Below are positions 1 through 12,769 of a stretch of 62,000 nucleotides of DNA, in pieces (the first letter of the stretch is position 1; each line of letters opens with the position of its first letter). Both the position numbers and the translations under genes were made by a program. The notes beneath the pieces were generated by a model. It did no database searches. It was not told the origin of the DNA and saw only the letters and a list, made by a program, of their open reading frames with translations. This DNA comes from Vicugna vicugna (taxonomy: Eukaryota), in contig MU058384.1 of assembly GCA_013265495.1 (NCBI GenBank), positions 4,201,239 through 4,263,238 of the forward strand. The letters run 5' to 3'.

Positions 1-1206
1 AAAATTGTAGATAACTGTTATCATTGCAGATGATTCTTGTCCATATATATGCAAATGAAATTAGTCAAGCAGAAATACAATTGATTTCCCCCTCCAAGTT
101 TCCCAGCTACTTGCAAATTCATTTCAGTATTTATTACTGCCAATATATGTGTGGTTCTTTGAATTTTCCTTTGAACTAGCTGTAGCATTTTACTGGATTT
201 CTAATTAATTGAGTTAAACAAAATCATTGATGTGCTCATTTCATATTTTTATGAGAATTGTGATTATACTCTCTTTTTAACAAATACCATTGAACAGATT
301 CTTCTGTTCACAGTTAATTTCACTTACTGGTACCATCTCCCAACTGATTTGAGCGAAGTGAAATACAAGACTATGAGCTACATCCCTATATGGTCTAGTT
401 AGCTTCCCACAGTGTAAAGCTCAGTTTTATGGCCTTAGGTTGTATCTTGCTCCACTGTTTTGTTCGTCAAGTGACAGGATGGTGAGAACTGAAAACTGTC
501 TGTAATGACTTAAAACACAAGCCTGGTAGAGGGTTGGACATATGAAGGTCACCAATAAATGTGATGACTTTCATTAGTTCTCTATTGTTGGCATTTGTTT
601 AAAGGGCAATGAAAATATAATAGGACTTTATTATTTTCTTAAGGGAAGACTCCATAGGCACAAAAATTTAAAAAGTGGAAGCAGTAAGAATGTCTCCTTT
701 TCCCTTCAGCTGCAGCCTACGCATTTATACTCTGTCCTCAGCAACTGTTTTCTTCTGATGATGCCAAACATGTCTGAACAATACCTGCAAAGCGGCAGAC
801 TCGCTCGCTTAACGTAAGTGCACAACCACCAGCCCGGTAAGAGTCAGGACTGATCAAGATGTCCCCTTATGTGTCTAGTCTTCATCGAATAACAATGAAC
901 TCCCTCCTTTTGCATGTGGCCAAAATATTATGCAAGGAAAGAATCTAATCTGTGGTTTTCAAATTCCTCTGCAATCATCAAAGCCAGAAGAAAATTGTTT
1001 TAAGAATTCTAAGTCCAAATTCAACCTTTCTTCTTCCTCTGAACTAATTTTCCCTTGCCCTGGTCCTTCTTGAAGTGGCTATAGATTTACAAAAGTGGGG
1101 AAAGAAAGAAAAAAAGAAGAGTGTTTAAAAATAAATTTTGTTTTTCACAAAATTAATCTCACTTTATGGTTATGTATTTTAGTGAGAATTCTTTTGGGTG
1201 ACTTAC

Positions 1207-1270
1207 CATTTGTCAAGCGATCAAACAGGAAAATGTCAAAATCCCACGTTCCCACTTTGGAGAGCATATG
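1207..1270 (-). CDS. PDE7B: PDE7B internal coding exon (exon 5 equivalent), encodes [21 protein letters not shown](G), start of the catalytic domain
   Basis: Minus strand reads tttgccttttcag|CATATGCTC...ACAAATG|gtaagt. 64 nt. WDFDIF is the typical N-terminal motif of the class I PDE catalytic domain. Confidence 0.98.
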
Positions 1271-1440
1271 CTGAAAAGGCAAACAAAAACCAGTGCTCAC
1301 ATGAATCATATTGGAGCCTCAAACATTTACTTTGAGACACAGTGAATTAAACAATTAAAAAGTTGAAAATATTAGGATACTACTATCTACGTACAACTGG
1401 TTTGCAGTAAAACAAATCTCACACCATGCGCTAATAACAA

Positions 1441-1665
1441 GTGTTAAAGGGACGGGTTCCAGAATCAGACTGCCACATCCCCCATGGCTGCATCTCTTAC
1501 TGGCTGTGGTACCTTGGACAAGTTCCTTAACCTCTCTGTTACCTCCATTTCCTCATTTGAAAAACGTGGCTGATAATACTATTGCCTCAGAAGGTCGTGG
1601 TGAAGATTAAATGAAGTCATATACGTAAAGTGCTTAAAATGGTGCTTGTACGTAGTCAGCACACG
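1441..1665 (+). mobile_element. MIR SINE
   Basis: Core ccttggacaagttccttaacctctctg...ttcctcatt and tail gtgaagattaaatgaa...gtaaagtgctta. Confidence 0.8.
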
Positions 1666-2129
1666 TGATGGATATCTGTTAAAACCGTAGACTTGTAAGT
1701 TTTATCACAAACTACTATATGTTTAAGGGAGGAAGTTTATAGCAAACTTGAAACAGATGATATCCAGATGACTGATGAGCACACTGCTCTCCTTGGCGTG
1801 GACTACACATGAAATTAAACACCTGAACAGACAGGAAACTGAGGGGTGGGCAATTGAAAATCTTGGGTGTTTAAAGACCTACCGTCCAATGTAGGCGCAC
1901 TGTCCTATTTTCCTCTTTAAAAATACCCTGTGCTTAGAATTAGATGGTGTTCATGCTCAGGCACCAGGTTGCAGTGCTGATTCTACCCTCCCTATGGCTC
2001 CCAGGACTGTGCTTTCCCGTCTTCTCACAGGCACTGCTTCTGGAAGGACCGGCTCGCTCTCCTCCACCTGCCCTTGAATGGCCTCCCTATGCCTTACAAT
2101 AAAAGCCAAAGGCCTCATCGTGAACACAA

Positions 2130-2265
2130 TGACCTTCACAACTGCATCAGAAAAGTGAAGAGATAGTAGGTTTTTGGTGAGGTCTAATTTGAGTGAGCAT
2201 TTTATCCAAGTCACACAATTCTAAAGGCAGAGCCCAAATCTGACGGCTGTTATCCTGACTTCTGG
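2130..2265 (-). mobile_element. MIR fragment
   Basis: ttatccaagtcacacaa...ggcagagcc...ctgact resembles the reverse MIR core; highly diverged. Confidence 0.5.
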
Positions 2266-3011
2266 CCTGCGGTTCTTTCTGTGTCTCAGTGTTGTCTTTC
2301 CTGAGAAATGGCTGCTGAGGCGGGAGGCACCCCCGGGAGAGCTCTGTCACGGGCGCTCCGGGGCTGGGGGCCTAGCCTTGCTCTCCTCTGCCAAATGAGA
2401 CAAACAACCAGCAACTAACCGGCAAACGTTCACTCCGCCCCAGGCCCTGGGTTGTTAGAAGAAGTGATGTTTGTTTTCTTTTTGCAGACCTAAGTGGGGA
2501 ATTAGTTTTTCTGACAATCCTTGCTGCTTGTTTCTTAATAGTATATACCATTAGAATATATTTCTGAATAGTCTATAGATAGCATAATATCACTTATCAT
2601 CTGAACTATAGTATTACTTTGACTTCTGTTTAAACCAAGGTGGTTTATTCCTGAAATTTAAACTCCTTTGGGAGTTTGGGCTAGAGAGAACCTGTGACCT
2701 ATTTTTAGATTGTCATACATTAGAGTTTCTACCCTCTGTAGGATCAAGGCGTTGCAACAACAATCGTAAAATTAGTAAACAATTATTTGAATGAATTAAA
2801 AATTATAAAAAAGACAATGCACTGTACTGACAACCTGAAGTAGAATGAAGAGTTGGTAATTACTGGGTTAATTTCAGCATAGCTATTATGGTGAGATAAT
2901 TCAATGGGTCAAAAAATTTAGTATTTATTACTTTCATTGGTAATTGACCAGCCCAAAATTTTGTTTTACTTGGTGTTGTGCAAATATGTTTTGCACATTT
3001 ATAAAAATGAA

Positions 3012-3210
3012 AATAGCTCACATGCGCTAGGCATGAGTATATTAAGCATGTAAACAGGCTTTATCTGATCTAATCCTTACACTACCCTTATGAGGTGGGT
3101 ATTTCTATTAATTTCATTTTATATGTAATGAAAAAGTCCAGATGTGTTGAGTAGCTAGCCAGAGCCACAGAGCTCCTCAGTGGCAGAAGCAGGACTCAAA
3201 CCCGGGTGCT
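3012..3210 (-). mobile_element. MIR SINE
   Basis: aatccttacactacccttatgaggtggg...agtggcagaagcaggactcaaacccgg matches reverse MIR. Confidence 0.8.
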
Positions 3211-3286
3211 AAGAGTGGACACAAGTAGGGGGACACATGCTCTCAGCCAGTGGCCTGGTGAGGTGACGGAGGGATAACTAGCTCAC

Positions 3287-3438
3287 CCTTGCTTGTCCAA
3301 GGTAGTCTTCATCCAGCAGGTGGAGAGGGGCTTGGGGTATAATTCCACGAAGCAGCCTTGATGCATGGAAATATCGTTGAAAGCTTAACAGTCTTTTCAC
3401 CTTTTTCTTGGTGCCAATTTCCCCTGAGTGTGTTGTAT
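3287..3438 (-). CDS. PDE7B: PDE7B internal coding exon (exon 4 equivalent), encodes (N)TTHSGEIGTKKKVKRLLSFQRYFHASRLLRGIIPQAPLHLLDEDYLGQAR
   Basis: Minus strand reads actttccacag|ATACAACAC...CAAGCAAGG|gtgagc. 152 nt, phase 1/0, in frame with both neighbouring exons. Peptide recognised as PDE7B. Confidence 0.98.
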
Positions 3439-4712
3439 CTGTGGAAAGTTATCAAATTCAGAAGTTACATATTTAATAAAAAGCCCTATTTTTCACCACT
3501 ATGCAAAGATATGGTGTATTATAAAGAAGGCAAATTTAAAAGATGCTCTCAATGCTTTCTTAAATAAAGACCATTTAACTCTGCATTTGAAATTCTTCTA
3601 GAACAAAGATAATATTTCTTATATATTACATTCATTAAGAAGTTGAGATATTTCTGAATGTAATTTTGGAAGACATGAAATGTGTGTTAAGAATTTCATT
3701 TCTTATTAATGATGTTGGTAAGATTAGTGAGTGAATGCACATACTTCTGCATGCATTTAAAGGCACAGTGATGCTTTTTGCCTGCTATCCTGGAACTGAA
3801 GTTCCCAGATTTAGACTAGTTTCTCATCCTACACTCTCTCTAGTCTGATGAAATCCTTCACCTGAATTAGAAGAGTTGAGAACACACTAGCTTAGACATG
3901 AGGAAATGTTTCCTAATGTCCCAGGAATATCAGTGGCAAAGGAATTAAAGATCTCAGCACAAAAGTGACCTAGATTCCCGTGACATGAAGCAGAGAGGGT
4001 GTTTATTTTCTAATGGAGTATATTCTCTTTTACTGGTGGCCATAAAAATCTGATCCTGTCAGTAGAGATATTTTAATACTCCCTTCACATGTGCCTTTCA
4101 AAACTTGACTGTTGACATCATGGTCATTGTCCAGAAATATCCCAAGCACATGATTTGAATGTCTGTCAAGGTATGTCTTATCTCAGCTGAAATTCTACGA
4201 ATCACTCGGCCACATAAGTGACGTTTGTTGCCAATTCTGGATCTGGAGTCAGTTGAACAGTCCTAGTAGGAAAACATACAGTTCATACATAAAGAAATTT
4301 TGGTTTCTCTCGTGCCTCCTCCCATGTCTGTTTTTCTTCTATAGAAATAAAAATCACCATGGATACTAGAAGCAGAAGAATCAATGAGCAAGGGCCTCCT
4401 TAGCAACGCGGCACCCCCAAAGGCAGGGAATGACCAAAATCAGTTAACTTAGGTTACATTATGCATGCAAAACCCACTGTTTTCTGGAAATGCTACCTGA
4501 TTTAAAATTCTTTTTATTTTAAAGTGGTTCTAGATTTCATGTCTGGAAAGATGTAAATAAAAAGGAGATAAGGAAGAGATAAGAGGAATACAATTGAAAT
4601 TGGGTGCTAATGCACACAGCAATACTAAAAATGGTATATGTGGACTCACTTCTACTGGTGGGTCGCTACTCATTTATAGCAGTTTATCAAATCAAAGCAT
4701 GGGGTAAAGTGG

Positions 4713-6280
4713 TTCATTCGTTTAAAAAAAAGTTTTGAGTGTTACTAAGGCACAGACACTGTCCTAGATGCTTGGTAAGATCCTTCGTTCTAGATCCTCT
4801 GGTGAGCAGAGCAAAGATCTCTGTCCTCAGGAAGCTTGCACTCTAGTACAGAGAGAGAGGCAATAAACAGTAGACATAAAAAAGGAAGTAATGTATAAAA
4901 CTGTGTGAGAAGCTGGTAAATGCAATGGGGGAGAAAAGGAGAGCAGCGAATGAGGAATCAGGAGTCCTGTGTTGGGATAGTCAGGGTTTGCGTCATTAGA
5001 GATTACAACTCGTTCAGAACTTGGAGATGAAGGGGCTGGCCAAGCAGATATGTGGGGAAATGCTGATCTTACAGAAGGACCAGCTGAAATAACCCTAGAG
5101 TGGAAGCGTGCCTGGCTTGCTGGCATGTGGAATGAGCAGCAGTTCAGTGTGGATGGGGAAGAGAGAAAAAAGGGAGGAGTAAGAGATGAGGTCATAGAGC
5201 AATGTAGGGGGAGGGCATGAAAATTATGCCTTGTACACCACTGTCACAGCTTGGGCGCTACTCTCAGTGAAATGTGGAACCACTGCAGTTTTCAGAGCAT
5301 GAGTAATATGGTCGCATTTAGTTAAAAAGGGTCACCATGGCTTCTGTGTTGAGAACAGAAGCAAACAGCAGAAAACTTTGATGCAGTGAGAGTTTTTTTT
5401 AAATTGAAGTATAGTTGGTTATAATGTGTCAATTTCTGGTGTACAGCATAATGTTTCCGTCATATATACACATACATATATTTGTTTTCATGTTCTTTTT
5501 CGTTATAGGTTACTACAATATACTGAATACAGTTCCTGGTGCTATGCAGAAGAAATTTGTTATTTATCTATTTTATATATAGGAGTTAGTATTTGCAAAT
5601 CTTGAACTCCCAATTTATCCCTTCCTACCCCTCCCTCCCACCCCCGTAACCGTAAGTTTGTTTCCTATGTCTGTGAGTTGATGCAGCAAGACTCGTTATG
5701 AGGCTATTGGAATAATCCAGGAAAGAGATAATGGCTGGTTAGATGATAGGAGTAGAAGTGAAGGGATTCTGGATATATTTTGAGTACCTCCATGGTTTTG
5801 GCCTGAATAACTGAAAGAATGGAGCTGCTATCACTTGAGACGGGGGAGATTACAGGTGGGGCGGGTGTCGGGTGGATGTCAGCTTTGTACATGTTGAATT
5901 TGGATGGAAACTCAATTGGAAATTCAGGTGAAGGTGTCAAGTAGAAATAAGCAGATATAAAATCCAGGGCTTATGAGAGAAGACTGAGTTAGAGATAAAA
6001 ACCTGGGAGCTGTCAGATGAGATTAACCTAGGGAGTGAGCGTAGATACAGATGAGAAAATCACCAGAGTCTGAGTTCTGGAGTACTTCAACTTTAAAGGG
6101 CTATAGGGAAGAGAGAATCAAAGAGGTTGAGAAGGAGTATCCTGTGGGGATGTAGGAAAAAAACCAAGGCAGCATCATTTCCTGGAAGCCTAGTGAAGGC
6201 CATATGTAGGGAGGAAGGTGTGATCCTTAGTATCAAATGCTGCTAATGTATCAAGTACAATGAAGACTGGGAATTGACCA
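4713..6280 (-). mobile_element. L2 (L2a-like) LINE 3' portion, interrupted by a younger L1; probably resumes at about 7600-7690
   Basis: Begins with the reverse L2 tail (ttcattcg...ttgagtg...cactgtcctagatgct) and continues with L2-type motifs such as ggaataatccagg, gagataaaaacctgggagc and tcaaatgctgct. Confidence 0.8.
5394..5677 (-). mobile_element. 5'-truncated artiodactyl/camelid L1 3' UTR with target-site duplication
   Basis: Poly-T then aattgaagtatagttg...gaactcccaatttatccc. Flanked by ttgatgcagtgagagt (5378-5393) and ttgatgcagcaagact (5678-5693). Confidence 0.88.
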
Positions 6281-7595
6281 TGGGTATATAAACCTGTCAA
6301 AATTCATTGAACTATGTACTTAAAAGAGAACATTTTATTGTATGCTTAGAAGCAAAAACACCCAGTAGCATCAGGCACACCTAGCACTCAAATTTTGTTA
6401 TTTAAATACAATTTATCACGAAAAGGAACCAGATAACCTTGGTGAAATGGCTGAGTCTAAGTATGAGATGAACTATAGCTTCTTATGATGCCAGAAAATA
6501 AGGGAGAGCTCAAAAAATGATGGGCTTATGCAAAAATGACAGAGGAGACAATGTGAAGGGGGTCCCTCTGAGCAAATATGGGGAAAATGAAACTCAACAT
6601 GAATAATGGAAGAGTGGACTGTAAGTCATTAACTGAAAGGAGACTCCATCAGTCCATACTGATTGGAAGCAAGCGAGTAAATAAATAAATAAGGGAAAGC
6701 TCTTTCTTGTAGCGAGTACTGACCAATAAGGTAGAAGAAATAATAAAGAGTTAGAAAATTGCTGTTTTGCAACCTTTTTAGAAATAACCGCTTCAGGCCA
6801 AAATCATTAATAGATAATAAAATTGGTTAGTGAAAGTTAAAAAAAAAACAGGATAATCACGTATCTCTTCACAGGTGACTTATTAATTGGAAAGAAAAAA
6901 ATGGACAGGTTTTTAGTGGACAAATGGAGAGGGGGCACCATCTTCGCTACCACTCAAAGTTAACATCACCGATAATGGGAGAAGCTGACATCATACTCCT
7001 TCTGATGTAATGCACTGAGGACACAACATCACCTAGGCAGTGTTCCTGCCCCCAGTGCACATCCGACCCCCCAAAGGAGTAAACATCAGAGCAACCCAAG
7101 TCGAAGTGTCCTCTACAAAACAACTGGCCAGCACTCTTAAAAAATGTCAGTCATAAAAGACAAAGGGAACCTCAGGTATTGCTTCCTAATAATGGGTACC
7201 AGATACAGTGCGCTAAATGCAATGTGTGACTCTGAACTGGATCCTGGGTTAGAAAAAAATTTCCATCAATGACATTGGTAGAATAACTTGTAAAATTTGG
7301 ATACAGACTTATATATGAGATAATAATATTCTCTTTATGAATGTCTTGAATTTGGCAGTTGAACTGTGGTTACAGGAAAGAATTCCTTGTTCTTAGAAAA
7401 CACATGCTGAAGTATTTAGGGATAAAGAGGCATTATGTGTACAGCAAATTCTCAAGTGGTTACAAAGGAAGCAGCAGTAAGGCAAACTGGGCAAAGTTCA
7501 ATAATTAGTGCATCTACGTAAAGGGTGTATGGATGCTCTTTGTCATATTCTTGCAAAATTTCTAGTAAATCTGAAGTTATTTTATCATAAAGAGT
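6281..7595 (+). mobile_element. Old L1 3' region (L1MC4-like)
   Basis: Diagnostic blocks aaaaggaaccag...gaaatggctga, caaagttaacatcacc, aaacatcaga...ctacaaaacaactggcc, ctaaatgcaatgtgtga...ggatcctgg. Confidence 0.8.
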
Positions 7596-8294
7596 CCTAG
7601 AAGAGAGAGAATGGGAAGGGAGAAATCTGAGGCAACTACATAAAGTATATTCAAGACTTCAAGGGTCTTACTTCATAGGGGAGGAGAGAAACGTGATATT
7701 TCTGTATCAAGGGTATCAGAAATATCAGAGTAAAATCAAGGGTATCAATAAATAAATGAAATTAATTATTCCTGTGTTATGCAGAAGCCTAAAAGAAAAT
7801 ATCTACACAACGATCTATTCCTTTTTTCATATTCTATGAAAAGTCCCCCATTCTAAAATACTGAAAGAAAATCTCCTAGGAGCTGAGAGCATGCCTGCAT
7901 CTGCATCACAGAATTGGAAGCAAACAACTTAAGCCTGAATTATGGAAATACATCACAAACATAGCAAGTTGAAATTATGAATTATTCCTTTGTAAACTTC
8001 CATTCAACTTTCCAGGTGCTAAAATACTTTAAACAGATTAATAGTTAAGATAATGACACTTGTTACATACAATAAATACAGACGATAAGAAATAATGGTT
8101 TCTAGACACTAAAATGACCATTTGACTAAAATATTGCGAATCTAATGATGCTATGAGCTGGAGATATTAAGTTTAGATCCATTTTTTCCTTAAACCAAAG
8201 AAGAAGACAGCAAGACTCTTTCCCTACTTTTTTTTTTCACCCTGTAGTCAAACAGATGATAGTCTATCAATGTGACAGAATGTAGATCTCTTTC

Positions 8295-8450
8295 CATTTT
8301 TATTTCAATTTTTGGTATTTTTGCCCTTAATTTTTATTTTAAAAATATTACGTTAAAATGATATATCTTAATTACTGAGTTATTTGGTACCCTCCAAAAT
8401 TTTGAGCCTGAGGTCAGTGCCTCATTCCCCTCACCCTACTTCTAGTCCTG
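8295..8450 (-). mobile_element. hAT-Tip100 DNA transposon end (Zaphod/MER91/MER115-like)
   Basis: aaattttgagcctgaggtcagtgcctcattcccctcaccctacttctagtcctg resembles the family terminal inverted repeat. Confidence 0.6.
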
Positions 8451-9674
8451 TCATATCTTTGCAGCACAAGCTCAGATAATACAAAAAAGATCTGTATTAA
8501 AATAAATCTAGACAATAACACTTTCTCATAGTTAATTTTTTTATGGTAGCCTGTAGGTTAAAAGAATGTAGCATACAATGTTTTTCACTGTGAGAGGTCT
8601 GAAGTTTTGGAACCAATTGGCTATAATGATGTGCATTCTTTATTTGTACAATTTCAAGTGTATTGTCTGAGATGTGCAGATGATGTCTGTGAAGTTGCAG
8701 TATTCATTGGTGGCCAATATTTTTCTAAAATACCAAGTCATAACTATGCTATTTAGCACTGATGTCTGGATTATTCTTTAATGCATAGGAAAATAATTCA
8801 GAAGTGATGCTAGATGACTATTTATGAAAACAATAGGGCTTAATTTTCTTATGTTAGGACATCCATAAAGCTAAATGAAAAAAAATCCACAAGTAGCTCT
8901 CTGAAGAAGAGCATTCAATAATGCAAGAAAATAAATTTATTTAAAACAATATTAATAACTTATTTATCAACTGTCATTTGGGGAACACTGTGCTGTGTGA
9001 GACGATGGAAAATTAGGATATAAAGTGAAGATACAGTTGATAGAAAAAAAATCCATATAAAGAACAACCTGTGAGAAAAATCACCATGCTGTATAATAAT
9101 CCTAGCTATTGCTTTTTGAAGTGTTGAAATGAGTTATACAATTATTGAGTAAGACCTGACACATTTGTTTCCACAAGGACTTTCTGTGAATAACTACATA
9201 TTTTTGCTTTGATTTTTAGAGGTATAATGATAGGCATTTCTGGACAGAGGTTTAAATGATTAGCTAAGCTAAATTTTACAGACAGCTCAGCTAAAATCAG
9301 CCTGCAAAAATTTAGAGAATCTTAACAATGTGTCTAGTAGTAAAATACTAGGTTTACTTAGTATCTTTATATAATTTAAAAAATCATTATTTAAAAGCGT
9401 TCACAGTTATCCTGATGGTGTTTTTGGTTTGGATTTTGTTGTTTTATGGGCTATGGGTCCACATTTTTGCATCTGGAACAGTTATAAAATGGTGCTCCAG
9501 AATATTCCATTGCCTAATCTTTCAGCAAATTTCATAATTCATAATTCAGACTTGGCTGTAATGACTTAAGTCAAATCCCACCTTTTACAGTTTAGCATCT
9601 GCAGACATTAAAATCTCAATTTATTCATTAAAAAACAAACTGCCAAAAGCCTTTGAAATATAGAAATGATAATA

Positions 9675-11290
9675 TGATATTGATATATGACATTATATAT
9701 AGTAAGCCCTAAAGACTCCATCAAAAACTTTTAGAATAATTGACTTCAGTAAAGTTGCAAGATAAAAAAAACCAACACACAAAAATCTGTTGCATTTTGA
9801 TACACTAATAACAAACAGAGTAAGAAATTAAAACAATCCCATGTACAATTGCATTAAAAAGAGTAAAATGCTGAGGAATAAATTTAACCAAGGAGGTGAA
9901 AGATTTGTATACTGTAATCAAGACATTAATGAAAGAAACTGAAGAAGGCACAAGTAAATGGAAGGATATTCTGCGCTCATTGATTGGAAGAATTAATATT
10001 GTCAAAATTTCTATACTACCCAAAGCATTCTACAGATTCAGTGCAATTCCTTTCAAAATTCCAATGACATCCTTCACAGAAATAGAACAAACAATCCTAA
10101 AATTTATACAGAACCACAAAAGACCCCAGATAGCCAAAGCAACTTTGAGAAAAAACAAAGCTGGAGGCATCACATTCCCTGATTTCAAACTATTTCATGA
10201 AGTTGTAGTAGTTAAATGGTATGGTATTGGCATAAAAACAGGCAAAGAGATCAATGGAACAGAATAGAGAACCTAGAAATAAACCCATGCATAGATGGTC
10301 AATTAATTTCTAACAAAGGAACCAAGACTATACAATGATGAAAAGATTCTCTTCAGTAAGTGGTGTTAGGAAAACTGGACAGTCATTTGCAAAAGAATGA
10401 AACTTAATCACTATTCTTACACCATACACAAAAACTAACTCAAAATGAATTAAAGACCTGAATGTAAGACCTGAAACCGTGAAACTCCTAGAAGAAAACA
10501 TAGGCAGTAAGCTCCCTGACGTAGGTCTTAGCGATGATTTTCTGAATTTGACACCAAAAGCAAAGGCAACAAAGCAAAAATAAACAGGTGGAACTATGTC
10601 ATACTAAAGGCAAAGGAAATAATCAACAAGATGAGAAGGCAACCAACTGAATAAGAGAAAATATTTGCAAATCATATATCTGGTAAGGGGTTAGTATCCA
10701 AAATACATAAAGATATATAAATATACAAAATAATAGCAAAAAACTCAAACAATTCAATTAAAATAATGAGCAGAAGATCTGAATAGACATTTTTTCAAAG
10801 AAGACATACAGATGGCTAACAGGCACATAAAAAGATGTTTAACATCATTAATCATCAGGAAAATGCAAATCAAAACCACAATGAGATATCACCTCACGCC
10901 TGTTAGAATGGCTACTATCAAAAAGACAAGAAACCACAAGTGTTGGCAAAGATGTGGAGAAAGGGAATCCTTGTGCACTGTTGGTGGGAATGTAGTTAGT
11001 GCAGCCCCTGTGGAAAACTGTCTAAAGGTTCCTTTAAAAAATAAAAATACAATGATGGTAAAAAAGAATGGAATCTTGCCATTTACGACAACATGGATGG
11101 ACCTTGAGGGTATTATGCTAAGTGAAATAAGTCAGTCAGAGAAAGACAAATACCGTATAATCTCGCCTATATGTGGAATCTAAAAAATATCAAGCTCATA
11201 GATACAGAGAACAGATTGTTGGTTGCCAGAGGTGGGGGATGGTGTGAGAGAAGTGGGTGAAGGGGGTATTAAATATTAAAAAAGAGAAAA
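9675..11290 (+). mobile_element. 5'-truncated L1 (L1MA9-like): decayed 3' part of ORF2 plus partial 3' UTR
   Basis: ORFs 9896-10267 ([22 protein letters not shown]) and 10812-11183 ([17 protein letters not shown]...KCW...C) are L1 ORF2 C-terminal sequence with stops and frameshifts. Confidence 0.95.
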
Positions 11291-12769
11291 GAAAATACTG
11301 TGTCTATCCCATAGATAGTCAAAAATCTTCAGTGGTTGTAAATGATCATATTTGTTTATTTTTCCTGTACATCTTACCAGCAGTAAGAAAATGGTGCATA
11401 GAAGTTGATGACAACCAAGGATATTATTTGGCCTGAAACATCAAGAATGGAGACTATTCTCGCATATATGTCACCATATATGGGTGAACAATACGTTTAA
11501 GACAAAGGGAGTACAAATGACCTATGAGATCCAGAGATAAAAATCGGATTGAGATAAAAATATAAATTAAATTCCTTAGCATCTGGGGCATTTTCCAGGG
11601 TCTTTAATTGAAAAGTACGAAAATCAGTCGCAATTTCAAAAAACAAATAAACAAAAACACATACAATGTAACATTAGCAACAATACCAAAAACAGTTAAA
11701 AAAAGGAAGGAAGAAAAGAAGAGGGAAAAAAAACCCAAACCAAAAGAAAATTCACCATTTCCTTAAAATTGAACTTGAAGCTGGGAAATCAATTTGAATT
11801 AAAAGGGGCTAACAAGTTATTTTAAGTTCTGTAAACTTAGATCTTGAATAGAGATGTATTAAAGCCCCACATCATTAGCTCTTGGATGTACAATGAATAC
11901 TCACGACTTCTTGATGGCTGTCACTGCAAGAAGAGCTTTGCTTCAACACTGCCACGGAGTGGGAGGAGGTGGAGGAAGGCTTCTTTAAGGCAGGTTAAAT
12001 TGTTTCTCTAGTTCTACTTTTTGGCATGTTTATTTTTTTAAAATTGCCATTTCTCTTTTATGTTCTTGACAGGGAAGAGAAAACCAATATGGCTGATATG
12101 AGTCATAGAATGGAATGAACTCCTTCCCCAGTTCACTGTACCCACACCTGCTGCTTCGGCTCTAGAAAACAGGCTCAGAGAGTGTTCCAGAGGGTCAAAA
12201 CCCTGTCCTCAACCAACCAATGCACTGGGTTGTGGCAAAATGTGCTGTTTTTAAGTCTACTGTTTTGCCTCCCCAAAAATCCATTCCAACCCATGGATTA
12301 TGCATCTCTAACTTCTGGGGTTCAGGGATAGTTGAAAAACTATTATTTCCTTTTTTGTAAGGGGGGAAAGTCTTTAAAAATAAGCTTTTAAGATGTCTCT
12401 GGGCAATAAGAGAGGTTTTTCAAAATCCCAGTTTGAATGAAATTTAAATGAATTAGTAAGCAGATCCAATTTCCTCAGTTTTAAAGGAGAAATATGTGCC
12501 AGGCACAATGTGGTTTTATTGAACCCACCGCTTCTCAGAGTTTGAAATGTTTAGCAAATCTCAAGTTTTGAGGGCAATGGTTTGTGGTGAGCAAATTGAG
12601 GTGACCAAACTTTCAGTTGATTCTAAGTCTCCAGAGGTTAAAAACTGCTGCATTAACTCCCTAGTTCTCAGCATGTATTTGAAATAAGTGTGGTCTTTTA
12701 TCTGGAGACATGTGTTTGGATTGTTATATTTCACTGCAAAAATTTCAGATGTGTGTTGTAATGTACCTC

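Noticed and set aside
9896..11183. L1 ORF2-like ORFs as functional genes (also 55814-56068)
   Set aside because: Truncated, frameshifted and stop-containing retroelement remnants.
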